Virus record (IMG/VR): IMGVR_UViG_3300002835_000013
DNA length: 64,000 nt
Origin: a virus
Direction: 5' to 3' (one strand)
In this document: piece after piece, positions 55,695 to 63,925 of the stretch
Layout: every line of letters begins with the position of its first letter
Numbering within the stretch: the stretch's first letter is position 1
Notes under the pieces: generated by a model
Seen by the model: only the letters and a program-made list of their open reading frames with translations
The model's database searches: none
Told to the model about the DNA's origin: nothing
Program-made: the position numbers and the translations under genes

Positions 55695-55984
55695 TATTCT
55701 ATCACCTCAAAGATATGCCAAACAAGAGTTGTCCAACTTGATTGCTGAACCGTGCCAACATAAACATAATGCTTTCGTTCATAATCCTGCATTTCATATC
55801 CAGTGCCAAAGACATGAAACACATACTTACGTTTTTCTTTCTTGGGATTGACGACGGCCCAGAGGACAGGAATACTACCCTGCATCTGCAATGATAGTAT
55901 CTGTGCTCCTCTGGGCATTTCAATCTCTGTCACCATATTATGATGAATATCCGTACCAAGCGGATACTTGTGAATCATCTTCAT
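55694..55984 (-). CDS. Conserved hypothetical phage protein
   Basis: I.KY.L...WA.V...GTG...Y.GT.Q....VWH.FE. Confidence 0.7.
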   Translation of the reverse strand: MKMIHKYPLGTDIHHNMVTEIEMPRGAQILSLQMQGSIPVLWAVVNPKKEKRKYVFHVFGTGYEMQDYERKHYVYVGTVQQSSWTTLVWHIFEVIE

Positions 55985-56001
55985 AACAAAAACTCCAGTT
56001 G

Positions 56002-56667
56002 TTAGATACGGGCAGCCTGGAAATGCATACCGTCAGGACGACGCTCCCAACGACCACCCCAAATCCAACCTTCTGCCTCAAATGCCTGAACGATTAGAGA
56101 CTTTTCAGTGAAAGAATGCTTATTATATCCTGGCTTTTTACCAAGAGCGTTCCAAGGTGCGGCAATGTCAATAGCGACACCAAAGGCATGAGTAGAAAGA
56201 GAAGAACCGCCACGCATGTTACGGATGTTCCAGGTGCCAGAAAAGACATGTAGTTGCTGTGCCTTAATCTTATCATAATCTCTGCCATTCTCGTCCCACA
56301 CATATGTTAGAACACGAACAAGAGAATCAGCACAGGACTTATTCATCCATGTCTTGGTGATCTTGATATCGTCCATCCACATGGTATATGGTAGATTGAC
56401 CTGAACCATATGCTTTCTAAATGCTCCGCCGTAATCTGGTGTACCGAACTTGGCACGAAGTTCACGCTGGAGCGGCCATACGTTCTTCTTTAGTTTACCA
56501 GCAGTAGGGACCTTAGCGTCAGCCACAGTGTTGGTAACGTCAACAAACTTTGTTTCGTCAGCGTCTTTTACAGCAACATCGGTCGTGTATAGTTTACCGT
56601 CAAAAAGAAATACATCTTTGCCAGCTTTTCGTGCTTCGGCAAATGCCTGTTTGAATGTTTTAGCCAT
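56002..56667 (-). CDS. Endolysin, M15-family peptidase
   Basis: R..RGG..LS.HAFG.AID, WGG.W...D.MHFQ. Confidence 0.85.
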   Translation of the reverse strand: MAKTFKQAFAEARKAGKDVFLFDGKLYTTDVAVKDADETKFVDVTNTVADAKVPTAGKLKKNVWPLQRELRAKFGTPDYGGAFRKHMVQVNLPYTMWMDDIKITKTWMNKSCADSLVRVLTYVWDENGRDYDKIKAQQLHVFSGTWNIRNMRGGSSLSTHAFGVAIDIAAPWNALGKKPGYNKHSFTEKSLIVQAFEAEGWIWGGRWERRPDGMHFQAARI

Positions 56668-56796
56668 TAGTTTCTCCTATTCTTAGTTCGCAATCACTAG
56701 CAGGACAGTCAGCGGAGCCGATGTAAGTGATAACATACTCACAGCACCAATACTCACGATTGACTCTCGCCAACTCGGACACATTAACAATATATA

Positions 56797-57183
56797 TCAT
56801 TCTTCTTTCTTATGATGTTCGGAGCAAGTCATACGATATCCACCATCTTTGGTAGGCCAACCAGTGCTAATACTATTGAAGCAACCTGGTTCATCACACA
56901 AACTAAGAATCGGCTTGAGAACATCAATCTTTTCTTCTCTAACCTTTGCTCTAATGTTGTCGATTCTCTCCATATCAAACTCATTGGAGATTTCCATGCC
57001 GCCAGCCATATATAGTGGCACATAGGCGTCAGGACCAAATCCTAGGCGTTCATAGATTAGATAACGAAAAGAACCAGGATTATGAGCATGTTCCACGATA
57101 TGTTTCATTACCCATGCGGTAACGGCCAGTTTCGTTTCATATGGACATTCTTCCACAAGGTCTTCTAGTGTTTTATCGCTCAT
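56797..57183 (-). CDS. Hypothetical protein
   Basis: GSFRYLIY.RLGF...AY; C-terminal Cys/His cluster. Confidence 0.6.
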   Translation of the reverse strand: MSDKTLEDLVEECPYETKLAVTAWVMKHIVEHAHNPGSFRYLIYERLGFGPDAYVPLYMAGGMEISNEFDMERIDNIRAKVREEKIDVLKPILSLCDEPGCFNSISTGWPTKDGGYRMTCSEHHKKEE

Positions 57184-57596
57184 TCTATCACCTCATATCC
57201 ATCATCGCAAGTGTATATCGTTCGCTTTAGACCAAAGGCTGCTATAGCCCTTTCACAACCAGCACAAGGCTTTGCTAGACCCCACACAAACTTTTTGGTG
57301 AATGGCTTCTCTTTCTTCACTCTGGTGATATACAAGTCGCATTTAGAAAAATCATCCACATCAATCTCACGGAGCGCATTCTTGATGGCATCAATCTCGC
57401 TGTGAAGGAAGATCGCATGTTCATTCTTGGAATACTTCGCTTGGAGTGGATGCGACTTCATACTATTCATTCCAATGGAAATGATCTTATTATTCCAAAC
57501 GACAGCAGCGGCAAACTTTTCCGTGGGGTTCGGATTAGCTGCCGCTATCTTTTCCAGAGTATGGAGAATGTTCTTATTGATCTTTCGCATTCTCAT
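57180..57596 (-). CDS. Zn-dependent cytidine/dCMP deaminase-family protein
   Basis: HSE...PCAGC. Confidence 0.8.
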   Translation of the reverse strand: MRMRKINKNILHTLEKIAAANPNPTEKFAAAVVWNNKIISIGMNSMKSHPLQAKYSKNEHAIFLHSEIDAIKNALREIDVDDFSKCDLYITRVKKEKPFTKKFVWGLAKPCAGCERAIAAFGLKRTIYTCDDGYEVIE

Positions 57597-57621
57597 AATA
57601 TAGCATAGATGATCTAGAAAG

Positions 57622-58272
57622 TCAATACCAAATTATTCTCTTGTCTTCCGTTACGATTCCGGGACCAGTCTTTGTCACCGCTGCCATATGAGTTCCCACA
57701 TCTTTTCCAAAACCACGCCACTGCATTTGAACGATTCCAATTCCTTTGGCTTGAAATGATCTGGCACCAGCAGTCATCTTACCAAATGTCTGGTCATAAG
57801 CGATTTCCAAAACGTCTTTATAAACAGTATTACCAACATCAAATGTTTCATGGTGAGCAACGAAGTTTACGACTTGACGACCCTTTTCTGGCCAAATGAA
57901 TGGTGTAGACTTGATTGCGGAGATTTGAAGTTCCTGATCGATTATGTCACCGACCTTCTGGACTTTACCCCATGGTATTTCTTTACCAGCAACAAAGGCA
58001 GTTGTTCTAAACTTTGTCCAGAACTGATACTTTTTGGCAGGATAGATATCGACCAACTCCATCACACCATTTGGATGATTGTAGTCCATAACCCATGTTG
58101 CTTTCCACTCACCGCCATGATAGTCTTCTTGGTAGACATAACGGTCGTTTGGCTTCGTGTAGAAAACATTACCGATAATCTTTTGATCAGCAGGGTTATA
58201 ATATTCGTGTTGAATAAGTTCGCCAGGTTTTGGCTGCGGCCAGTATTCTTTAATGTCAAATGTTCTATACAT
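57622..58272 (-). CDS. Hypothetical protein
   Basis: Long ORF; A.GIG.V segment. Confidence 0.65.
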   Translation of the reverse strand: MYRTFDIKEYWPQPKPGELIQHEYYNPADQKIIGNVFYTKPNDRYVYQEDYHGGEWKATWVMDYNHPNGVMELVDIYPAKKYQFWTKFRTTAFVAGKEIPWGKVQKVGDIIDQELQISAIKSTPFIWPEKGRQVVNFVAHHETFDVGNTVYKDVLEIAYDQTFGKMTAGARSFQAKGIGIVQMQWRGFGKDVGTHMAAVTKTGPGIVTEDKRIIWY

Positions 58273-58468
58273 CCTTTTCCTCCGTGTATTTGTCCCATTT
58301 GCCTACAGGGCACGATGAACTGGGAAACATAGTCTTGCCTTTGAGAAAACAACCACACTTCTTACAAACGTAAAACTGTTTTTCCAAATGTTCACACTCT
58401 ACACAGATGTTCAATCGTTCTCTTGCCTTCTTGGCTCGTTCTGTCCATTTTGTTACAAGTTCGACCAT
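58265..58468 (-). CDS. Small Cys-rich protein
   Basis: R..IC..C...C..CGC....K......CP..KW. Confidence 0.7.
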   Translation of the reverse strand: MVELVTKWTERAKKARERLNICVECEHLEKQFYVCKKCGCFLKGKTMFPSSSCPVGKWDKYTEEKDV

Positions 58469-58486
58469 GATGATTTATCCTATAAG

Positions 58487-58513
58487 AAAGGGTGGGAATT
58501 TCTCCCCACCCTC
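58487..58513 (-). terminator. Probable intrinsic terminator
   Basis: AGGGTGGG-AATTTCTC-CCCACCCT hairpin. Confidence 0.6.
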
Positions 58514-58519
58514 TATATA

Positions 58520-59020
58520 TTACTTCTGTATATGTATATGATCAAAGTGGCCTGCTACCTTCCAAAGCACAGTATAACCTGCCGCTCTGGCTCTCGCAGC
58601 CAAGGCATCAAACTTCGATCTTGTCGAACGATTAGATGCCTCTCTTACACCACGACCTATGTTGATGTCGATTGCCCGACCAGCATAATGAGCCCAACCA
58701 TGATGAACATGATGGACTCCTCCAAAAGCAGGATGTTCCGACACACGGAAACCAGAATGTTGAAGCATTCTTCCGTATGCAACGATTGATGCCGAAGCAC
58801 CAGTGTTTCTTCCTCGTCCTGCCATATGGGTGTTATGGTGTCTCGAAGCAAGTCTAGCACGACCATGGAGTCTGGGCATTACGCTCCAGTTTCCGTTCGG
58901 AGTGCCGAGAATAGAGTCTAATAGATTAGGCTCTGTTGCTCCGTTTGAATATTGATTTCTTGCCTCAGCGGTACCGCTAATAGCAAGTACCGTAATGAAA
59001 GCAAGTAAAATCTTCTTCAT
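58520..59020 (-). CDS. Secreted M15/Hedgehog-like Zn peptidase
   Basis: Signal peptide; HYAGRAID...HFDHIH. Confidence 0.65.
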   Translation of the reverse strand: MKKILLAFITVLAISGTAEARNQYSNGATEPNLLDSILGTPNGNWSVMPRLHGRARLASRHHNTHMAGRGRNTGASASIVAYGRMLQHSGFRVSEHPAFGGVHHVHHGWAHYAGRAIDINIGRGVREASNRSTRSKFDALAARARAAGYTVLWKVAGHFDHIHIQK

Positions 59021-59206
59021 AATAGTACCTTTCTGTTATATACGACCACGCACAATATCACGATAACGAAAGATGAAGGAAATGTGAGATTGATTTGGCG
59101 AGTGCCGACGAGGTCGTAGGAGTTGAGTGCCGCTGCCATTACATCCGTGGTCAGCGGCGATAATCGCTAGGCAATATGACTGCCTAGCGAATTAGTATTT
59201 AGTAAA

Positions 59207-59671
59207 CTATAGGCTTGGGAATTTATCGGCGGCGATAGAAGCAGCCCATGCCTCTGGCTTCACTCTAGGAGTCACACCAGTCATACCACGAATATAGCCA
59301 ACTGCTTCGCTGATAACACAGGAAGAACCGTGCTTGTGATTTGGATTGATATCGATGTGGACCTCGCACTGTCTGTCACCAATAACATCTGCTAGGTCTA
59401 GATAAAGCTGTGCTGCCTTCATAACCTCATTCATCAATCGCATACGTGGCTTATCTTTAGCCTGGTCATAATCTCGTTCGGTTGTAATCTCACCAAAGAC
59501 TTTAGCACCATGCTTACCGTCTTTATGAATAACCACAACGACAGCATAATCCGCAAACCAGACTCCGCCTCGTCTATGTCTTTCAGAGTCAGAACCAATA
59601 TAAATCTTGGTTGATTCCGAAGAGTTCTCGATGAAATCTCTTACTTCGTCCAAGTCTAGTTTACGTCTCAT
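59207..59671 (-). CDS. RNase H-like YkuK-family protein
   Basis: IYIG.DS, RL..EV, EVH.DIN, KP.AWAAS..AD. Confidence 0.85.
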   Translation of the reverse strand: MRRKLDLDEVRDFIENSSESTKIYIGSDSERHRRGGVWFADYAVVVVIHKDGKHGAKVFGEITTERDYDQAKDKPRMRLMNEVMKAAQLYLDLADVIGDRQCEVHIDINPNHKHGSSCVISEAVGYIRGMTGVTPRVKPEAWAASIAADKFPSL

Positions 59672-59672
59672 T

Positions 59673-60020
59673 TTAGTCCCTTTCTACATATCGCTCCCTG
59701 ATTTTCTTTGGAGCGAAAAACTGATTTACTGTCTCTAATACTGCTTCGGTTGAAAATGGTTTACATGAAAAAACATCCATGTAAAAGTTACCAGACTCGT
59801 CACAGAAATGAGCAACGATATTGGAAGTTTCAATCAACTGAACCAGTGTATAACCTTGCTTGTCGTCTTCGCCGAAGTGAACAACTTGCGGCTCACCATA
59901 TGCCACCATATCAATGCGCTTTACTAATACTTTAGCAAATGCGGCGATGTTTGTTGGATTGGTGATTAGCGCCTTGTCAGCATCATAACAATCTAGAATA
60001 AGATGATAACCCCACGCCAT
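59673..60020 (-). CDS. speD: S-adenosylmethionine decarboxylase proenzyme
   Basis: G.HL.LD, QLIETSNI..HF, D.FSCK.F. Confidence 0.85.
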   Translation of the reverse strand: MAWGYHLILDCYDADKALITNPTNIAAFAKVLVKRIDMVAYGEPQVVHFGEDDKQGYTLVQLIETSNIVAHFCDESGNFYMDVFSCKPFSTEAVLETVNQFFAPKKIRERYVERD

Positions 60021-60413
60021 TTAGATATCCTTTTGCTTGCCCTTTTGTGCTTCATATGCCTTTACTAGGCCTTGAAGCGTATCTGGATTATATGTAACAT
60101 CATTCATCATGGCGAGAAAGCAAGAATCCTCACCCTTCTGTGCTGTGATAACAATAGTCGTGCCAGAAATCCAGACACTCTCGACAACACCACTGTCATT
60201 GGTCATATTTAGAAGAAGAAAGAAGTTCTTTTCGTCCATAGTTTTCTGGACGCTCTCTGTCTTTTCGCAAACAATCTTCTGTTCGGTATTCGTTTCCTTT
60301 TTCGCAGGAGCACCTTGTAGCGCCGTCGATGCGAGTGTAATGACAAGCACAGCAAATAGACCTTGAAGACCGCCTCTAATAAAAACGTTTTTCATTTTAC
60401 TCTCCATAATCAA
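60021..60413 (-). CDS. Hypothetical exported protein
   Basis: N-terminal hydrophobic/signal segment. Confidence 0.55.
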   Translation of the reverse strand: MIMESKMKNVFIRGGLQGLFAVLVITLASTALQGAPAKKETNTEQKIVCEKTESVQKTMDEKNFFLLLNMTNDSGVVESVWISGTTIVITAQKGEDSCFLAMMNDVTYNPDTLQGLVKAYEAQKGKQKDI

Positions 60414-60693
60414 GATGAATCATATTCTGATAAGACATTAACGGAGGAGCATCTGCCGTCTTGTTCTTAACTTTTAGTATATACTTTTTAGCTTGTTCTG
60501 TTAGAAGGCGATCAAAATCTTGTTCGATATGAATCCCTTCCCTCACATTGATATCATTGTAATACTTTGCACCAAATGAATTTAGAAATTTGGCCGTGGC
60601 TTCAGTTTTATCTTTTGCATCTAGAATCATAATCGCTCTAGTATGTCCAGAAGAACTTGAAGCACGATCCATTGTTACAGTGTAATAGCACAT
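60397..60693 (-). CDS. Hypothetical protein
   Basis: GGAGG RBS. Confidence 0.55.
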   Translation of the reverse strand: MCYYTVTMDRASSSSGHTRAIMILDAKDKTEATAKFLNSFGAKYYNDINVREGIHIEQDFDRLLTEQAKKYILKVKNKTADAPPLMSYQNMIHLDYGE

Positions 60694-60714
60694 ACTCTTC
60701 CTCCTTCTGTGTTA

Positions 60715-61065
60715 TTACCAACCGAATATGTCGTCTTCCTCATACACCCGGGCACCAGGACTATTCTTGATAATGATCTGCTTTCGGACAGTCGGACGAT
60801 AAGCAGGAGCATAAGTCGGCGCAGCATATACAGGCACAGGAGCATAACCATATCCACCATAAGGATAAGAGTTAGCAATAGCGGCAGCACCAATAGCAGC
60901 GGAAGCAATACCAATACCAGCAATAGCGGCACTGTAGCCAAAACCAGCACCATAACCCCAACCCATTCCACCATATCCCCAAGGGATAAACTGTGCTTTG
61001 GCAGGCGTAGCGATGGCAAGAGAAAGACTTAGTGCGGTGAATAGGGCTATAATCTTGTTTCTCAT
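60715..61065 (-). CDS. Secreted Gly/Tyr/Pro-rich protein
   Basis: Signal peptide MRNKII...PAKA; GWGYGAG, hydrophobic Gly/Ala helix, YAP repeats. Confidence 0.65.
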   Translation of the reverse strand: MRNKIIALFTALSLSLAIATPAKAQFIPWGYGGMGWGYGAGFGYSAAIAGIGIASAAIGAAAIANSYPYGGYGYAPVPVYAAPTYAPAYRPTVRKQIIIKNSPGARVYEEDDIFGW

Positions 61066-61117
61066 TTTGAGACTCCATAGAGAAAAGTGACCCCATTGCG
61101 GGGCCACTGTATATTTA

Positions 61118-61306
61118 TTACTTTCTGGTTGTGAGTTCCTGAACCTTCTGTGCAACCTTCTGATTATCGAGTTTACCGAAATTAGTAGGACGCTTAGGCG
61201 GCATAGGTGCCTCAACATACTTGGTAACTGGCGGAGCGATAACATCGGTGCCAGCGAATGCGCTACCACTGAAAAGCATAGCGGCTAGAAAAGTAACAGT
61301 CTTCAT
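61118..61306 (-). CDS. Small secreted protein
   Basis: Signal peptide; PMPPKRP; AGGAAGG RBS. Confidence 0.6.
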   Translation of the reverse strand: MKTVTFLAAMLFSGSAFAGTDVIAPPVTKYVEAPMPPKRPTNFGKLDNQKVAQKVQELTTRK

Positions 61307-61372
61307 ATATTTTCCTTCCTAAAGTTAGCGAAGTTTACCGATGTTGCATTGCAACATCATACTAGTATATAG

Positions 61373-61651
61373 TCATAGGACATTTTTGTCAAGATGTTCG
61401 GAGAAAAAGTTTTTGAGAATTGTGCCGAAATTTTCATTCGTCATCATAGTGTCATTCCAGAGAATGAAGTCCTGATAAAGATTGTGAATATCGTCCATAA
61501 TTCTTTCTTTTGCCTGAATGGACTCGTCTCTACAAATAACGGAGTATCCTCTATCTTCCAGTTCATCCATCAAATCATCTATGTGAAAATCACGCAGGTC
61601 TACATCAACATCAACTTCCGTGGTGATGGTAGGCATTCCATTTCTCCTCAT
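61373..61651 (-). CDS. Hypothetical protein
   Basis: Downstream of a TTGACA-17-TAATAT promoter (61664-61692). Confidence 0.6.
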   Translation of the reverse strand: MRRNGMPTITTEVDVDVDLRDFHIDDLMDELEDRGYSVICRDESIQAKERIMDDIHNLYQDFILWNDTMMTNENFGTILKNFFSEHLDKNVL

Positions 61652-61696
61652 TCATTATGTCTAATATTAGCACATTGGAATGGAAATGTCAAGTCT

Positions 61697-62176
61697 TTAG
61701 TTCAATCGTTCCACGGAGATATTGCTAGTGCTACCCATGCCAATAGCCCGTGCAGCACCGTAAGAAAGATCAAGAGAACGGCCCCTGACAAATGGTCCTC
61801 TATCATTGACCACAACTGTAACGCATCCATGGTGACATACCTTTAGGTGAGTGCCGAACGGAAGAGAACGATGGGCTGCGGTGTATCCATGAGGATTGAA
61901 AACTGCGCCCGATGCGGTTCGACGGGAAAGATGTTCTCCGTGACCGTAGAAGGAAGCAACCATGTGACTGCCTCCAGTAGAATGATGGCCCCAACTAGCA
62001 GTCCAATCATTATTGTCATAGCTTTGAACGCTTGTGCCATGTCTATTTCTTTTCACCTTTGTTTGTCGTGTGGATTGTTCGCCAAAGATACCACCGAAAA
62101 AATCAGATAACGGATCGGCAGCGGCCGAAGTTGTAAGAACGATGAAAAGGGCTATAGTGGTAAATGCTTTGTTCAT
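61697..62176 (-). CDS. RlpA-like (DPBB) lytic transglycosylase, secreted
   Basis: ASFYG...TASG..F....TAAHRSLPFGT...VNDRGPF...R.LDLS..AA. Confidence 0.9.
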   Translation of the reverse strand: MNKAFTTIALFIVLTTSAAADPLSDFFGGIFGEQSTRQTKVKRNRHGTSVQSYDNNDWTASWGHHSTGGSHMVASFYGHGEHLSRRTASGAVFNPHGYTAAHRSLPFGTHLKVCHHGCVTVVVNDRGPFVRGRSLDLSYGAARAIGMGSTSNISVERLN

Positions 62177-62340
62177 TCTGAATCCTCTTCTTCAAATAAC
62201 TTAGGATTTTGTGCTTTGATTATAGGTTCAATCAAGGGAAGCAGTTCTTCTACCCATTTCTCCATCAAGGGATGATGATCATCTTCCATAATTTCTCTTA
62301 GAGAAACTTTCACTTTGTTCATAAAATACCTTTCAATGAT

Positions 62341-62414
62341 TGGATCAGGAACCTGGATTCGAACCAAGATTAACGGAGTCAGAGTCCGCTGTTCTACCGT
62401 TGAACTATTCCTGA
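62341..62414 (-). tRNA. tRNA-Gln(CUG)
   Basis: Cloverleaf, anticodon CTG, encoded CCA. Confidence 0.92.
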
Positions 62415-62415
62415 A

Positions 62416-62490
62416 TGGATCGGGGACTAGGACTCGAACCTAGAAAGTCGGAACCAAAATCCGACGTTATGCCAATTTAACTATCCCCGA
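62416..62490 (-). tRNA. tRNA-Gln(UUG)
   Basis: Cloverleaf, anticodon TTG, CCA. Confidence 0.92.
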
Positions 62491-62497
62491 ATAAAGA

Positions 62498-62589
62498 TGG
62501 TGCGTGAGGTAGGATTCGAACCTACAATGTTACCACAAAGGGAACGGATTTACAGTCCGCTGCAACACCACCGCCGTTGCCGCTCACAC
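62498..62589 (-). tRNA. tRNA-Tyr(GUA)
   Basis: Anticodon GTA, long variable arm, enlarged D arm, CCA. Confidence 0.85.
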
Positions 62590-62712
62590 ATATTCCATAC
62601 GCCTTATCGGTTTAGCCCTTTAGCTAATGAAGTCAGCAATCCGATATTCACGGGCATTCCCTTCTGTTATTCCCGCTAGGCCTCTCCTGCGTATCTAGAA
62701 AGCAGGATAAAC

Positions 62713-62786
62713 TGGTTGTCCCTACTGGTAACGATCCAGTGTCTATGTGTTATCAGCACATTGCTCTACCTTTGAGCTAAGGGACA
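62713..62786 (-). tRNA. tRNA-Ile(GAU)
   Basis: Anticodon GAT, T-loop ATCGTTA, CCA. Confidence 0.88.
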
Positions 62787-62793
62787 GTAAACT

Positions 62794-63267
62794 TTAGAAA
62801 TCGGCACGATCCTGGTTACACTCAAACACATAGTAACCAGCTTCACGCCACGCATCAATAACACGATGCCGATCCTCGAACACTCCCATCACTTTATATC
62901 GAGGATGAAACAGAGAAAGATACTCATTTAGAATATCCAACTTGATCTTATCATCGTCGGTACGATCACCACTCTTACGCATGAAAAGATCGCCATCAGG
63001 AAAATCGTAATCACAATGCTGCTGCAACCAACGGAGAGTAACCGCACGAAAACGCTCGTCACGGGCAGTAATAACAATAACCTTATCACCAGTCTTATGT
63101 AGAGTATTCATAAGATGCATAACGGCTTCGTAAGGTTCATCCTTATCCTGTGCCGCAAAGAAAGCATCCCAGTCCTTCGTGGTGTTCTGGGTAAGGTGCT
63201 TGATACGGTGCAGGTTGTTAGCCAGCGTTCCATCAATATCGAATATCCACAAGTTCCGCTTATTCAT
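62794..63267 (-). CDS. HAD-family phosphatase (PseT/Pnkp 3'-phosphatase-like domain)
   Basis: FDIDGTLA, ITAR, L.MR..GD...D..IK, EDR..V...W; embedded in the tRNA cluster. Confidence 0.85.
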   Translation of the reverse strand: MNKRNLWIFDIDGTLANNLHRIKHLTQNTTKDWDAFFAAQDKDEPYEAVMHLMNTLHKTGDKVIVITARDERFRAVTLRWLQQHCDYDFPDGDLFMRKSGDRTDDDKIKLDILNEYLSLFHPRYKVMGVFEDRHRVIDAWREAGYYVFECNQDRADF

Positions 63268-63291
63268 TCCATTTCCTTTCTCATTATGTCT

Positions 63292-63321
63292 TATAATAGC
63301 ACATCCGGAATGGAATGTCAA
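63292..63321 (-). promoter_or_regulatory. Early-type promoter within the tRNA cluster
   Basis: TTGACA-17-TATTAT with a TTCCATTCC spacer like the other early promoters. Confidence 0.7.
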
Positions 63322-63353
63322 GTGGCTATGTTTACAATCGTTTGTCTACATTC

Positions 63354-63427
63354 TGGTGCCGGCTAGAGGAATCGAACCTCTGTTTGATGATTACGAGTCA
63401 ACTGTAATACCATTATACTAAGCCGGC
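63354..63427 (-). tRNA. tRNA-Thr(CGU)
   Basis: Cloverleaf, anticodon CGT, CCA. Confidence 0.9.
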
Positions 63428-63431
63428 AATC

Positions 63432-63505
63432 TGGTGCTCCTGCCCGGTAACGATCCGAGTTTTCACCCTTACCAAGGGTGTGTAATACCTTTATACTACA
63501 AGAGC
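63432..63505 (-). tRNA. tRNA-Thr(GGU)
   Basis: Cloverleaf, anticodon GGT, CCA. Confidence 0.9.
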
Positions 63506-63508
63506 AAA

Positions 63509-63582
63509 TGGCACTGGGTCCAGGTATCGATCCTGGTCTCCAAGATCCACAATCTCGGGTGCTACCATTACACTAACCCAGC
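63509..63582 (-). tRNA. tRNA-His(GUG)
   Basis: Anticodon GTG, no encoded G-1, G discriminator, CCA. Confidence 0.88.
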
Positions 63583-63586
63583 AAAT

Positions 63587-63663
63587 TGGTGCCCTCGGTC
63601 AGACTCGAACTGACACTAAGTTGGGTTTGAATCAACTGCCTCTGCCAATTGGGCTACGAGGGC
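63587..63663 (-). tRNA. tRNA-Leu(CAA) with short variable loop
   Basis: Anticodon CAA, CCA. Confidence 0.85.
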
Positions 63664-63844
63664 ATAACACCTATCATCAACTCTGAATACTGATGATACT
63701 TTATCTTATGTATTGGATTATTGTTATAAGGATCAGTATCATACCAACGATGCTCACCAATAACAATACCTATACAATCATAACCGTTTTCTTTATCTTC
63801 TTTCTTCCACATCGGAAGATATGTGATTTTATAATATAACATCA

Positions 63845-63920
63845 TGGTGCTTCCCCTTAGAATCAAACTAAGTCCTTCTGCTCTTCAGGCAGTCGTGCGG
63901 ATCACCTACACCAGAGAAGC
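63845..63920 (-). tRNA. tRNA-Phe(GAA)
   Basis: Anticodon GAA, CCA. Confidence 0.85.
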
Positions 63921-63925
63921 ATAAA

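Noticed and set aside
62497-62679. + strand ORFs over the tRNA cluster (also 63179-63421) and over the tmRNA (8574-8888)
   Set aside because: Antisense translations of RNA genes
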